Source: Glycera tridactyla
Taxonomy: Eukaryota
DNA: 64,000 nt
Reading direction: 5' to 3'
NCBI GenBank assembly: GCA_965644265.1
Contig: OZ286459.1
Location: 34,906,001 to 34,970,000, forward strand
In this document: piece by piece, positions 63,293 through 64,000 of the stretch
Layout of the letters: each line of letters begins with the position of its first letter
Numbering within the stretch: the stretch's first letter is position 1
Made by a program: the position numbers and the translations under genes
Notes under the pieces: model-generated
What the model was told of the DNA's origin: nothing
The model's database searches: none
What the model saw: the letters and a program-made list of their open reading frames with translations, nothing else

Positions 63293-64000
63293 AGATAGGG
63301 GTGAAATGATTCGCTGGTACACCGATGCTCCGGTGCGCTTTATATATCGATTCACACCACGATATATGTCTTAATATACACGGTATGATAAGCCTGGACG
63401 AAAACTTGCGAGTGCCGATCAAATTACAGTGAATCATGATGAATGTATATTTGAATTCATCTTGCGTGTTGATATTGACAACTTGGCTTCCTCCGCGAGA
63501 CTGGTCCCTCCTGCGCATACACCCGTGAAATCGTCTTTCGCACATCTCGTTCCATCTTCCGCCACCACGTGGCTCTGCAAAAATACGTTTAAACTCCACC
63601 ATCTCACGGATTTTCTCTGAACTGCGCATCTCGTTTTCGTTTGCAAATACAAAAGTTTCACCTGGCAAGATGGTGTGACGAATAAATAAACGAATGCCGC
63701 CTTTTTCTCGCTTATTTTTGCGAGTATATAGTTTGTGGACAGATTTGCTCTTTGGTTCCGATTTTGTTGATTACTGATTTTTGCAAGTAAGCGCTTGATT
63801 CGTCACGGGAACCATCCGGGTTTTGACTAGATTCGATCATCTTTCCGGTTGACCATAATGCAAAGCCACGGGCGGCTTGCTCAAGACTCGCACCGGGGAG
63901 GACCACAGCTCCAGATTCCTGAGGAGGGATGGTGGTGTGTGTGTTGTGAAATATCATGGAATGTATCATATCGTGAGTGGCATATCGTGCAATGTATCGT

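Noticed and set aside
63661-63673. CCTGGCAAGATGG, matching the missing half of the Gypsy LTR
   Set aside because: Only 13 bp, flanks do not match, and the CAAGATGG core is common.

Overview
Animal (invertebrate-type) genomic DNA with spliceosomal introns, five N-gaps and dense repeats; no prokaryotic features. The left 34 kb holds two tandem, minus-strand paralogues of a divergent nicotinic-acetylcholine-receptor-like (Cys-loop, cation-type) subunit gene. Copy B (18186-33621) has 8 coding exons and is complete except for the end of exon 6, which falls in an N-gap. Copy A (exons 1-4, 844-12691) runs off the left edge. The exons were assembled by hand from GT-AG boundaries and matching phases. 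Both copies have replaced the visible acetylcholine-binding residues (loop A Tyr and loop D Trp; copy B also loop B Trp), while copy B keeps a normal Cys-loop and cation pore. This points to an orphan-ligand, possibly chemosensory, channel cluster and is the main finding. Introns carry CR1/L2 and RTE LINE relics, three SINE-like families and minisatellites, including a 16-bp/32-bp higher-order array. At 39.9-50.8 kb is a nest: a young Ty3/Gypsy (Mag-like) LTR element sits in a SINE-like repeat, and its 3' LTR is cut by a 6.4-kb Academ-like DNA transposon relic. The right 13 kb is mostly MITEs, non-autonomous DNA transposons, a 1.2-kb palindrome and low-complexity DNA. Repeat boundaries are approximate unless stated as exact.
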